Virus record (IMG/VR): IMGVR_UViG_3300032931_001151
Location: 124,001-188,000 of that record
Strand: one strand, 5' to 3'
DNA length: 64,000 nt
Shown: positions 44,774-53,826 of the stretch, piece after piece
How the letters are laid out: each line of letters opens with the position of its first letter
Position numbering within the stretch: the stretch's first letter is position 1
Translations under genes and position numbers: made by a program
Notes under the pieces: model-generated
What the model was told of the DNA's origin: nothing
The model's database searches: none
What the model saw: only the letters and a program-made list of their open reading frames with translations

Positions 44774-47650
44774 ATGTATTCATCTATCTACTTTAATAGG
44801 TCTAAATCTATAATCCATCTATGGGAATATATTGATGGAGTAAAAACCCATAATACATTTGAGGCTCCACTCTATTTTTACAAACAAGATAAAGATGGTC
44901 CTTTTACTTCAATATATGGCGAAAAACTAAAAAAAGTTGAATGTAAAACATATAACGAATATCAAGAGAAGATTGAAAATCTCAAAAAGATGGGTAAAAA
45001 GTTATATGAATCCGACGTTTCAATAGATTCTAAATTTATTATTGATCATTACATAGGACAAGATTTACAACCACCAAAATTCAATATACACTTTATTGAT
45101 ATTGAGGTTCATTCTGAGGATGGATTTCCTTCACCCGACGAAGCAAAACATCCTATTACGGTTATAACCGTGTGGTCAACAAAGCACGAAAAATTTTTCA
45201 TTTTTGCTGAAAAAGATTTTGAAGTTAATTTTCTTCGTGAAGGTGAGAGTTGTCAAAAAATAATTTGCTCCGATGAGGCTGGCAGATTAAGGGAATTCGT
45301 TAATTTTATCAATGAAGAGCATCCGGATGTGATTTCCGGGTGGAACTCGGATGGATTTGATATACCATATATTATTCGTAGAACAGAACAATTATGTGGA
45401 GAACGATGGGTAAAAAAGTTAAGTCCTATTGGGGTAGTTAGAGAAGTGGAAATGACCGTAGGAAAAGGTGCAAACAAAAAGAAAGAAAAAAGATTCATAA
45501 TTGGGGGAATTAATTGTCTTGATCTATTATGGGTTTATAGAAATTATACTTTCTCGGATAGAGAAAACTATAGATTGGGATATATAGCCGAACTTGAGAT
45601 AGGGGAAACGAAGCTTGAGTATGACGGATCTTTGTCGGATCTATATAAAGACTGGCAAAAGTATATGGAATATAACGTTCAAGATACTCGTCTTTTAAAA
45701 TTAATTGAACAAAAACTTGGATATCTTGGTTTATTATTTACCTTTTGTTATGGATGCCGTGTTCCATTTGATCAATATAGTAAAACTACAAGAGTCCTTG
45801 ATGGGGCTTTTATCTCGGAACTATCAAGAGAAGGCATAATTCTCCCCGATGTAAATAGAGACATCACGGACGTTCAATATCCTGGTGGGTTCGTGAAGGA
45901 TCCGGATAGAGGTGTTCACGATTGGATTATGTCGTTTGACGCAACCTCGCTTTATCCATCAATTATGATGAATTGGAATATAAGCCCCGAAACTAAATAT
46001 GCCGTATTAAATAAGAAATTTATTGATGCTACCGTTGAAGCATATCGTGGGGTTTCGCTTAACGATGATTTAAAATTTAATCTTCCGGGAAAAGCACAAA
46101 ATAAAACAATTTATGAAATAGTATCATATGTAAGACAAAAAGGATTGAAAGAGGTAAACAAAGAAGACGGTGGAATACATGGTTTATTTAATGACGAACC
46201 TATAAAGCACATAACAAATGCTTTAGCTAATCTTCCATATGAAAACATTGAGGTATATTTTAATAATGAATTAACTAACATAGTTAATGTCGTAAAGATT
46301 ATAAAAGATAAGAACTTATGTCTATCTGGAAATGGGATTTTATATACTCAAGATAAGATCGGGGTTATTCCAAGATTCGTTAAAATATGGTTTGATAAGA
46401 GAAAAGAATATAAAAAGAAAATGCTTGAAGCCGAAACTCTAGGTGATAAAGATAAGAAGAAATACTACGATTTACTCCAATTAAATTTTAAGATTCTAAT
46501 TAATAGCGTATATGGTTATTTAGGTACTTGCCATTCAAGGTTCTACGATTTTGATAATGCTGTGGCGGTTACGATAAATGGTCAAAATATTATTAAAGAT
46601 GCATCATATTCTATTGAAAACTTCTTTCTTAATAAATGGTCAACCCATTTCATGGGAGAAAAGTTAAAAGCAAGTAACTTTGAAGGTGTTATTACATATA
46701 ACGATACGGATAGCGTATATGTAAATGGTGGAAGAATTATTAATAGTATTAAAGCAATAGACATGAACTCTTATGACATGAATAAAATAAAGAACTTTAT
46801 AATATTTGGAAAGCCATATTCCAATGAAGATTTGTACGATATCCACGAAGAAAAAGGTAAGAAGAATCTAAAAATAAAAGAACAATTTAAAAAATTAGAA
46901 GATAACGCTAAAAGTATTCAAAATATTATTCAAAAACTTATAACGGACTCCATGATACATTTAACGACTATAAAATTTAATTGTAAAGAAAATAAAATCT
47001 TCTTCAAGAGAGAGGCGGTTGCAAGGCGAGCTGGGTTCTTACAACGAAAGAGATATGTTGCATGGGTTCTTAATAATGAAGGAGTTGAATGTGATAAGAT
47101 GAAATGTGTTGGGGTTGAAATGGTTAGATCTTCAACCCCATTATTCATTCAAGATGTTCTTGAAGATGTTGTTTTTGATATGTTGAAGTATAAATCTCTT
47201 GAAAAAAGCGATGAAAAGGTAAAAGATATTAGAGATAAATTTCTTAAGGCTCCTATAGAACAAATCTCATTTCCAAGAGGTATTCATGGGATGGACAAAT
47301 ATGAAGAAGGCGGTGAAAGTGAAAATAAATCCCAACCCATTCATGTTAGAGCGTCTATGTTATATAATGATATGATAAGTTCAAATCCTATACTTAAAAA
47401 TAAATATAATTTAATTAAGAATGATTCAAAGTTAAAATTCATATATATGAAACCATCGGCTATCTTTAGATCAAATGTTATTGCTTTCGTCGATAAATGG
47501 CCTAAAGAGTTTAATCTTGAAGCCAATATTGATAAAGATTTACAATTTGAAAAGACTTTTATTATGCCTATGACACAGTTTTATGAGTTGTTTGGCTGGA
47601 CTATGCCAAATTTAAAAAATGTAGATGTTTCTGATCTATTCGTTTTTTAA
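44774..47650 (+). CDS. gp43: Family B DNA polymerase gp43
   Basis: Exo 'DIEV', 'GWNSDGFDIPY', 'YNVQD'; pol 'DATSLYPS', 'KILINSVYG', 'YNDTDS'; C-terminal clamp-binding-like 'VSDLF'. Confidence 0.97.
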   Translation: MYSSIYFNRSKSIIHLWEYIDGVKTHNTFEAPLYFYKQDKDGPFTSIYGEKLKKVECKTYNEYQEKIENLKKMGKKLYESDVSIDSKFIIDHYIGQDLQPPKFNIHFIDIEVHSEDGFPSPDEAKHPITVITVWSTKHEKFFIFAEKDFEVNFLREGESCQKIICSDEAGRLREFVNFINEEHPDVISGWNSDGFDIPYIIRRTEQLCGERWVKKLSPIGVVREVEMTVGKGANKKKEKRFIIGGINCLDLLWVYRNYTFSDRENYRLGYIAELEIGETKLEYDGSLSDLYKDWQKYMEYNVQDTRLLKLIEQKLGYLGLLFTFCYGCRVPFDQYSKTTRVLDGAFISELSREGIILPDVNRDITDVQYPGGFVKDPDRGVHDWIMSFDATSLYPSIMMNWNISPETKYAVLNKKFIDATVEAYRGVSLNDDLKFNLPGKAQNKTIYEIVSYVRQKGLKEVNKEDGGIHGLFNDEPIKHITNALANLPYENIEVYFNNELTNIVNVVKIIKDKNLCLSGNGILYTQDKIGVIPRFVKIWFDKRKEYKKKMLEAETLGDKDKKKYYDLLQLNFKILINSVYGYLGTCHSRFYDFDNAVAVTINGQNIIKDASYSIENFFLNKWSTHFMGEKLKASNFEGVITYNDTDSVYVNGGRIINSIKAIDMNSYDMNKIKNFIIFGKPYSNEDLYDIHEEKGKKNLKIKEQFKKLEDNAKSIQNIIQKLITDSMIHLTTIKFNCKENKIFFKREAVARRAGFLQRKRYVAWVLNNEGVECDKMKCVGVEMVRSSTPLFIQDVLEDVVFDMLKYKSLEKSDEKVKDIRDKFLKAPIEQISFPRGIHGMDKYEEGGESENKSQPIHVRASMLYNDMISSNPILKNKYNLIKNDSKLKFIYMKPSAIFRSNVIAFVDKWPKEFNLEANIDKDLQFEKTFIMPMTQFYELFGWTMPNLKNVDVSDLFVF

Positions 47651-47651
47651 A

Positions 47652-49094
47652 TTATTTTATATCCGGGGTGGATCCTCCCATTTTACTCCAAGTATCACCC
47701 GCTTGTTGGAGATAATCATTTAATCCCCCTAATATATTCTTAACAAATCTACCAGATAAAATGCCATCGACTACTTTAAATGAAGCTCCGACAGCTTTAA
47801 GCCAAGCAAACCCTTTAGCATAGTTTACTTTAGATACAAGTTTAGATTCAACGTCTTTAAATTTATTTTGTGGCTTTCCTTTACTAATAACAAATGCTTT
47901 AGTTAAAGGTTTGTTATTAATAGAGTTATCAATAATTTTTGCTTTTGTATTTCCATCAAAATTAACCAATTGAATATGCATCATCTTCGTTCCCGAAGAT
48001 TTAGCTTCTTTAGTATCTTCAATTTGCGCTTTAATATCAACTATTTCTTTAATTGCTTCTTCAAATTGCGGACTACTAGCTTTTTCTTCCAAAGCTTTTC
48101 TTAAAGCGGTATTTCCCATAACTTTTGTATACATAACATCGGTTTTTTCTTTTTGTATAGCATCCGCATTAACTTTAGTATTTAAAGGCGATCCACTTTT
48201 TAGATTAGAACATATTTGTGCTATTTTATTCTCATATATAGTTGTAGCCTTTTCAACATTTCTATCTGCTTGATAATATCCGAATTGAATACATTCCGTA
48301 ATAGTCGCCCTATCTAATATTAAATCAACTAATTTTACTACCACTTCTTTTCCCTTTTCTGGTCCGTCAGTATATACTACTTTAGCCGTTCCATTTTTTT
48401 CGTCAATATATTTAGGTGGAAGTTTATTATCTTTAGTATCAATTGGGGGTTTCGGGTCTTCAATTTGTTTGGGGTCTTCCGAGGTGGAATCAGGAGTAGA
48501 GGTCGGAGCATTGAGATCTTCCGCCGCTTCGTAAAACAAAGACGATATATGTTCTTTTAACTCTTTGATATTATTATCTTTAGGCGCATTCATATCAACG
48601 AACTTCACATGATACTTATCAATTTTAATCTTTCCTTCTAATTGTTCTGGTTTTTTGAGTTTATTTAATAGCGTTTCGGTGTCAACGTACCATACCATAT
48701 CTCCGGGAGTAGCATCTTTTGATGTTGACATAGTTTCAGAATCTTCCGCTTCTTTCATATAAAAAGATTCGCTCACTACTTTTTTAATTTTACTTTTTAT
48801 TTTTTTCTTTTTTGTTTTCTTATCAACCATAGATTTAGGTCCAATTACTTTTGTAATCTCGTCATGAGTCGGAGACTGGCTAATGGGTGTATCATCTATT
48901 TTTCCGCCAACTTGAGTTACTTTTTTATCCATACTAATTTTGTTCAATGCGTCTCCTACTACTAAAGAGGGATTATCAAATCCAGATTTTATATCACTTA
49001 CGGCACCTTTAAATTTACTCCAAATTCCTTCCTTTTTATTAGAATCCGCCTCATTTTTTTGTTCTTCTAATAATGTCTTGAAAAAGTCTTCCAT
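47652..49094 (-). CDS. Hypothetical late protein (possible internal head protein)
   Basis: Antisense gene between gp43 and uvsX; late promoter at 49168; N-terminus 'MEDFFKTLLEE'. Confidence 0.55.
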   Translation of the reverse strand: MEDFFKTLLEEQKNEADSNKKEGIWSKFKGAVSDIKSGFDNPSLVVGDALNKISMDKKVTQVGGKIDDTPISQSPTHDEITKVIGPKSMVDKKTKKKKIKSKIKKVVSESFYMKEAEDSETMSTSKDATPGDMVWYVDTETLLNKLKKPEQLEGKIKIDKYHVKFVDMNAPKDNNIKELKEHISSLFYEAAEDLNAPTSTPDSTSEDPKQIEDPKPPIDTKDNKLPPKYIDEKNGTAKVVYTDGPEKGKEVVVKLVDLILDRATITECIQFGYYQADRNVEKATTIYENKIAQICSNLKSGSPLNTKVNADAIQKEKTDVMYTKVMGNTALRKALEEKASSPQFEEAIKEIVDIKAQIEDTKEAKSSGTKMMHIQLVNFDGNTKAKIIDNSINNKPLTKAFVISKGKPQNKFKDVESKLVSKVNYAKGFAWLKAVGASFKVVDGILSGRFVKNILGGLNDYLQQAGDTWSKMGGSTPDIK

Positions 49095-49167
49095 TTTATC
49101 CTCATTTTAGTGATACCAAGTTTGTATTGGTTTTTGGATTTATGTGCGATATAATAACTACAATTCA

Positions 49168-49175
49168 TATTTATA
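49168..49175 (-). promoter_or_regulatory. Late promoter for the antisense gene 47652-49094
   Basis: TATAAATA within the uvsX leader. Confidence 0.6.
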
Positions 49176-49192
49176 CAAAAGGAGAAATTGAT

Positions 49193-50350
49193 ATGGCTAG
49201 AAAATCATCCACCCCAGAAGATGGCGAAGCAAAACAAAGTAAGTCTTTAATTGCAGATTTCTTAAAGAAATCACAAATAAAAGGACTTGAAATGGCGAGT
49301 GTGTTAAGCACTAGTCTTCTTTCAAACGTGTCGGAATGGGTTAGTACCGGTAGTCTATCTCTTAATAAGATAATATCTGGTGATATCTATAAAGGTTTAC
49401 CAAGAGGTAGAATTATGGCCTTTGCTGGACCTTCTGGTGTCGGTAAAACCTATTTACTTATGTCTTCAGCAAGAGAAGCTCAAAAACAAGGATATACTAT
49501 ATTAGTATTAGATTCGGAAAACGCTTTTGACGCTGACTCTTTTCGAAGACTCGGCGGAAATCCTGACGAGGTTCTGCATTTCCCGGTTATAACTGTTACG
49601 GAGTGCCGTAATAAATGTGTTCAAATAATGGACGAATGGATGAAACTTCATCCCGAGTCAAAGTTGTTTATTATAGTGGACTCATTAGGTGGACTAACTA
49701 CGGAAAAGGTATTTGAAGATATAGAAAAGGATGAAGGTAAGGCCGACATGGGTAATAGAGCCAAACAACTTCGTGAGATGGCTAAAGTATTCACTAATTA
49801 TATTGCCAAGCATCAAGCTATCATGATCGTTTCCAATCACACGTATGAGCAACCACCCCCAAATCCAAAAATGCCACCCGTTGTTAAATTTGGTGGCGGT
49901 GAGGGATTTGTATATGCTACTTCTGGCATAGTATTCTTAAAAAAGAGTCAAATCCGTGAAGAAGAAGTTGACGCTCAAGGCAATTCCGTTAAGGTTAAAA
50001 AGGGAAATATTCTCAAAGCAACCGCTGAAAAAAATAGATTCGTCCCAGAAGGCATGGTTGGGGAGATTTATCTTTCGTTTGAAACCGGACTTAATAAGTG
50101 GTATGGATTACTTAATGATGCGCTTGAAGCACAATTAATAACTGAGCCGTCTCAAGGTTGGTATCACTTTGCACACCAAGAAGGCAATGTTAGAAAGAAA
50201 GAATTATATAAAACGGCAAATTGGGTTGGATTAATTGATAAGTTGGCTGAACATATTAGAAATAAATACAAATATACCAAATTTACTACCGATGAAGAGA
50301 TTGAGGCTACCTTGGGGTCAGTAGAAAAAGAAGAAGATAAAGGCGATTGA
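49193..50350 (+). CDS. uvsX: RecA-like recombinase UvsX
   Basis: 'STGSLSLN', 'GLPRGRI', 'GPSGVGKT', 'LDSENA', 'VDSLG', 'ADMG', 'SNHTY'; start at 49193 by SD. Confidence 0.93.
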   Translation: MARKSSTPEDGEAKQSKSLIADFLKKSQIKGLEMASVLSTSLLSNVSEWVSTGSLSLNKIISGDIYKGLPRGRIMAFAGPSGVGKTYLLMSSAREAQKQGYTILVLDSENAFDADSFRRLGGNPDEVLHFPVITVTECRNKCVQIMDEWMKLHPESKLFIIVDSLGGLTTEKVFEDIEKDEGKADMGNRAKQLREMAKVFTNYIAKHQAIMIVSNHTYEQPPPNPKMPPVVKFGGGEGFVYATSGIVFLKKSQIREEEVDAQGNSVKVKKGNILKATAEKNRFVPEGMVGEIYLSFETGLNKWYGLLNDALEAQLITEPSQGWYHFAHQEGNVRKKELYKTANWVGLIDKLAEHIRNKYKYTKFTTDEEIEATLGSVEKEEDKGD

Positions 50351-50375
50351 CATATAGTTATTTTGGAACTATAGT
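50347..50375 (+). promoter_or_regulatory. Sigma70-type promoter for the helicase gene
   Basis: TTGACA-N17-TATAGT. Confidence 0.75.
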
Positions 50376-50405
50376 TAGAATTATCAACCAAGGAGGTAGC
50401 GGCGA

Positions 50406-51833
50406 GTGTCGGACAACAATATTCAATATTATATTTTAAACGGGCTTCTATCAATAGAAGATTATGCGTCTAAATATATTGATAAAATAGATGCCTCGCA
50501 TTTTGCAATAGAAATGCGACCAATTATAAAGGGGATTCAGAAGTTCCATTTAAAGAACTTGAAAATCCCCTCAATTGGCATCCTTATTGATAGAGTTATT
50601 CCAGTAATTACGAAAAATGATCCAGAGCAACAACAAAAATGTGAAGATATAATTCAATCCGCAATGGCTATTGAGTTTAAGAAAAATGACTTTTATGATT
50701 GGTTAAAAACGGAAACTAATGAGTTTATCAAGAAACAACGAGTTATTGATGCTTTGATGAAAGCCGTAGATATTGTAAATAACGGTGACGTGGACGAAGC
50801 CAAAAAACTAATGGATGAGGCTTATCAAATTACATTTGATGATAATCTCGGATTAGATTATTTTGGAAATTTAGAAGATAGAATGAAAAGACTTAAAACT
50901 GGAGCAAACATAATTAATACTGGATTAGAAATACTTAATAATATGATTGGTGGTGGTTGGAGAAATAAGTCATTAATAGTGTTTGGTGCTGGAACTAACG
51001 TAGGTAAAACTCTAATTTTAAGTGATATATCATTTAAGTTAATAAAGCAAGGTCTTAACGGATTATATGTAACTCTTGAAATTTATGAAGATAGTTTGGC
51101 GAATAGAATAGATGCTAATTTATCTAATATTGAATTAAGTGAGTTACCTTCAAATGTTGATTATTTAATGCAAAAAATATTAGAAGAAAAGAAAAACGCC
51201 GAAGCTTCGGGTAATCCGTTTGGAAGATTTATTATCAAAGAATTCCCACCTGGCATTAATTGTAATACTATTCTTTCTACCATTAGAGAATTAAATCTTA
51301 AACAAGGATTTAAACCGGATTTCCTTGTGATAGATTATATTGGATTATTGGCTCCAAATGGAAAAACTGCCGATAATTCTTTTACGGATTTAAAGAAAGT
51401 ATCGGAACAAGTTAGAACTCTATCGTCAATGTTGAATATTCCCGTATTTACCGCCCAACAAACAAATCGTGATAGTTACGGGTTGAGTGAAATCGGACTT
51501 GAATCCACCTCGGAATCAATGGGTATACCTTTTACCGCCGATATTATGATTATGTGTTCACGGACGAAAGATATGGAAGAAGAAAATCAAATGTATTGGT
51601 ATATAGCCAAGAGTAGATTTAGTAAAAATAACGTTGGATTCTTTGTAAATGTTGAATATCCATATATGAGAATATCTGAAACTAACGTATCTATCCAAAA
51701 TATATCCCAAAATGTATCTACAAAACCCAAGGCTGAAAAAAGAAAAGTTGAAGTAAACTTTTCTTCTCATTCCCCAAATATTAGCGGAGGCATAGATGAA
51801 ACCGAAGAATGGACAAAGACAATTAACTTATGA
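50406..51833 (+). CDS. gp41: Replicative DnaB-like helicase gp41
   Basis: 'AGTNVGKT', 'YVTLE', 'IIKEFP', 'VIDYIGL', 'TAQQTNR', 'SESMG', 'KSRF'. Confidence 0.93.
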   Translation: MSDNNIQYYILNGLLSIEDYASKYIDKIDASHFAIEMRPIIKGIQKFHLKNLKIPSIGILIDRVIPVITKNDPEQQQKCEDIIQSAMAIEFKKNDFYDWLKTETNEFIKKQRVIDALMKAVDIVNNGDVDEAKKLMDEAYQITFDDNLGLDYFGNLEDRMKRLKTGANIINTGLEILNNMIGGGWRNKSLIVFGAGTNVGKTLILSDISFKLIKQGLNGLYVTLEIYEDSLANRIDANLSNIELSELPSNVDYLMQKILEEKKNAEASGNPFGRFIIKEFPPGINCNTILSTIRELNLKQGFKPDFLVIDYIGLLAPNGKTADNSFTDLKKVSEQVRTLSSMLNIPVFTAQQTNRDSYGLSEIGLESTSESMGIPFTADIMIMCSRTKDMEEENQMYWYIAKSRFSKNNVGFFVNVEYPYMRISETNVSIQNISQNVSTKPKAEKRKVEVNFSSHSPNISGGIDETEEWTKTINL

Positions 51834-52086
51834 CGAAATAGCTCGTAAGTACGATATGACCCCCGCCAAAGCACATTCGGTGGTCAAACAAGCATACAAT
51901 AAAATGGTCAAAGCATTGATAGAAAGAGAAAAAATAAATATTTTTGATGCAATTTTAGCACTTCGAGAATATTTTAATATGTCAGAGCAAGAAGCATATG
52001 ATAAACTAACCGACGAACATAAAGAATTATTAAAAGAATATGCTATAAAAGAGTTTGATATAAGATCAAAGAAAGGCAAGGCGTAA
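51796..52086 (+). CDS. Late transcription co-activator gp33-like with N-terminal sigma4-like HTH
   Basis: C-terminal half 'INIFDAILALREYFNMSEQEAYDKLTDEHKELLKEYA' is gp33-like; T4 synteny 33-59-32; SD GGAGG. Confidence 0.55.
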   Translation: MKPKNGQRQLTYDEIARKYDMTPAKAHSVVKQAYNKMVKALIEREKINIFDAILALREYFNMSEQEAYDKLTDEHKELLKEYAIKEFDIRSKKGKA

Positions 52087-52087
52087 A

Positions 52088-52678
52088 GTGATTCCGCACG
52101 ATCTATTTAAATTATGCATGGGGTGTTTACATAGATCGTGTGGCACTACTATACAAGATTTTAACGAGTCTAAACATTATAATTTTTTTAATATGCTACT
52201 TAAATATTTTAAAAATGAATTGAAGTTTAATAGTATACAAATAAGACAATATGTAACGGTATTAGCCAAAATACATGAAAATAGTTTTGACCCTTGGAAG
52301 TTAGATTCTCAAGAATACTTTAATGATTTTAAGGCTTGGTATAAAGTCAACTCCTCTAAAGATGCTTACTTAAATAATGTTAAAGAAAGCGTTAAGACCA
52401 TAATAAAATTTTGTAAAACGAAAAAAATAAAAAAGTTAGAAGACTATGTAAAGAATTGGGGTGTAACACATTATATCTCCGGAGTGCTTAACGAAAACGT
52501 CGCATATGCAATAGGTTTACATGAACTTACTCTATCTAAACCTGAAAAATTTATGGTAAAAAGATTTTTGAAGAATGTTCCAATGATAAAAGAGAGACTT
52601 GAGAGAGAAGGTCGCTTAAAAGTATTATTAGAAGATGAAATAAAACAAGCCAAAGAAATGTTGATTTGGATTTCTTGA
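52088..52678 (+). CDS. Helicase loader gp59-like
   Basis: Size and position between the gp33-like gene and gp32; weak sequence support. Confidence 0.45.
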   Translation: MIPHDLFKLCMGCLHRSCGTTIQDFNESKHYNFFNMLLKYFKNELKFNSIQIRQYVTVLAKIHENSFDPWKLDSQEYFNDFKAWYKVNSSKDAYLNNVKESVKTIIKFCKTKKIKKLEDYVKNWGVTHYISGVLNENVAYAIGLHELTLSKPEKFMVKRFLKNVPMIKERLEREGRLKVLLEDEIKQAKEMLIWIS

Positions 52679-52689
52679 CTTGCTATAAT
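52661..52689 (+). promoter_or_regulatory. Promoter for gp32
   Basis: TTGATT-N17-TATAAT with extended TG. Confidence 0.7.
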
Positions 52690-52778
52690 AAATAAAGAAT
52701 GAGTTGGGAATGTTTCCCGATTTCTATATCTAGTTAGAAGTATCTAACGTATCCAATATATCCCAAAAGGAAATATCC

Positions 52779-53756
52779 ATGTCAAAATTCGACACATTAT
52801 CCCAAAACACTAAATTTGAAGAACTTCGCCAGAAACTTCAAAAGCAACGCACCGATGCTGAAAATAAAAAGAACGGTGGGACTACCCGAGATGATACTTG
52901 GAAGTTTCTTCCCGAGCTTCCAGCCGATAAGCCAAGTGCAAAATACACACTAAGAATTCTACCAAATCGCCACGATATGGAATCGTCATATCCTTGGATT
53001 GATGGTTATTTCCATATGTTCCGTAGAAGCGATGGTAAGTTCATCTATACTATGTGTCCTACTACGGTGGACGAAAAAGCCCCATGTCCAATTTGTGAAA
53101 AAGCTAAAAAACTATTCGCAACTAAAGATAAAGCAGACGAGGATGCCGCTTTTAAACTCTATAGAAAACAACGCTTCTTCGTTAACGTTTACGTAAAAGC
53201 GGATCCGAGAGTTGGCGAAACCAATCAAGCAGGTAAAGTCGTTGTATACGAATTTGGTAAGAAATTATTTGATAAGTTCTCGGATGCTATTCTTGAGCAA
53301 CAACTTGAAATTGTTAATACTTTAAACGGACACGATTTCATGCTTGTACTTAAGAAACAAGGCGAATATACAAACTATGATAGTTCGCTATTCGTTGCTA
53401 AAGAAAGTGTAGTCCATGAAGAGGAAGAAGAGTTGAATAAGATTTATGATTCGATAATTAATCTTAAAGAGAAAGTTATAGGTCGTGGACCGCAAACTTA
53501 CGAGAAACTTCAAGAGATGCTTACTGGTCAACCCGCTAATGGGGCTTCAGTATCAAATGCTCCTAAAGTTTCAATTACGAGTGATTCGGCTAAAGGTGGA
53601 GCAAAGGTAATTGAAAAGCCATCAGAAGGGGTAGTTCCCGACGAAGCCGCATTCAATGAAGGTCTTGGTGCTAAACCAAAGGTAGAAACGAAAGTAAAAG
53701 CCGATGTCGCTAAAAAGAGCGACGATGACTTTGACTTTGATTTTGATGAAAAGTGA
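52779..53756 (+). CDS. gp32: Single-stranded DNA-binding protein gp32
   Basis: 'LRILP', 'CPTT...CPIC', 'GKVVVYEFGKKLFDK', 'NYDSS'; acidic/aromatic C-terminal tail. Confidence 0.93.
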   Translation: MSKFDTLSQNTKFEELRQKLQKQRTDAENKKNGGTTRDDTWKFLPELPADKPSAKYTLRILPNRHDMESSYPWIDGYFHMFRRSDGKFIYTMCPTTVDEKAPCPICEKAKKLFATKDKADEDAAFKLYRKQRFFVNVYVKADPRVGETNQAGKVVVYEFGKKLFDKFSDAILEQQLEIVNTLNGHDFMLVLKKQGEYTNYDSSLFVAKESVVHEEEEELNKIYDSIINLKEKVIGRGPQTYEKLQEMLTGQPANGASVSNAPKVSITSDSAKGGAKVIEKPSEGVVPDEAAFNEGLGAKPKVETKVKADVAKKSDDDFDFDFDEK

Positions 53757-53777
53757 TAATCTTATAAAATAGGATAT

Positions 53778-53814
53778 AATAAAGGGGTGCTCAATTGAGT
53801 GCCCCTTTATTTTT
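53778..53814 (+). terminator. Intrinsic terminator after gp32
   Basis: AATAAAGGGGTGCTC-AATT-GAGTGCCCCTTTATTTT. Confidence 0.8.
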
Positions 53815-53826
53815 GAAAGGAACTAA

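Noticed and set aside
44774-47650. Intein in the DNA polymerase (also considered for helicase, UvsW and gp46)
   Set aside because: The insertions lack Cys/Ser starts and His-Asn ends; catalytic motifs are contiguous.
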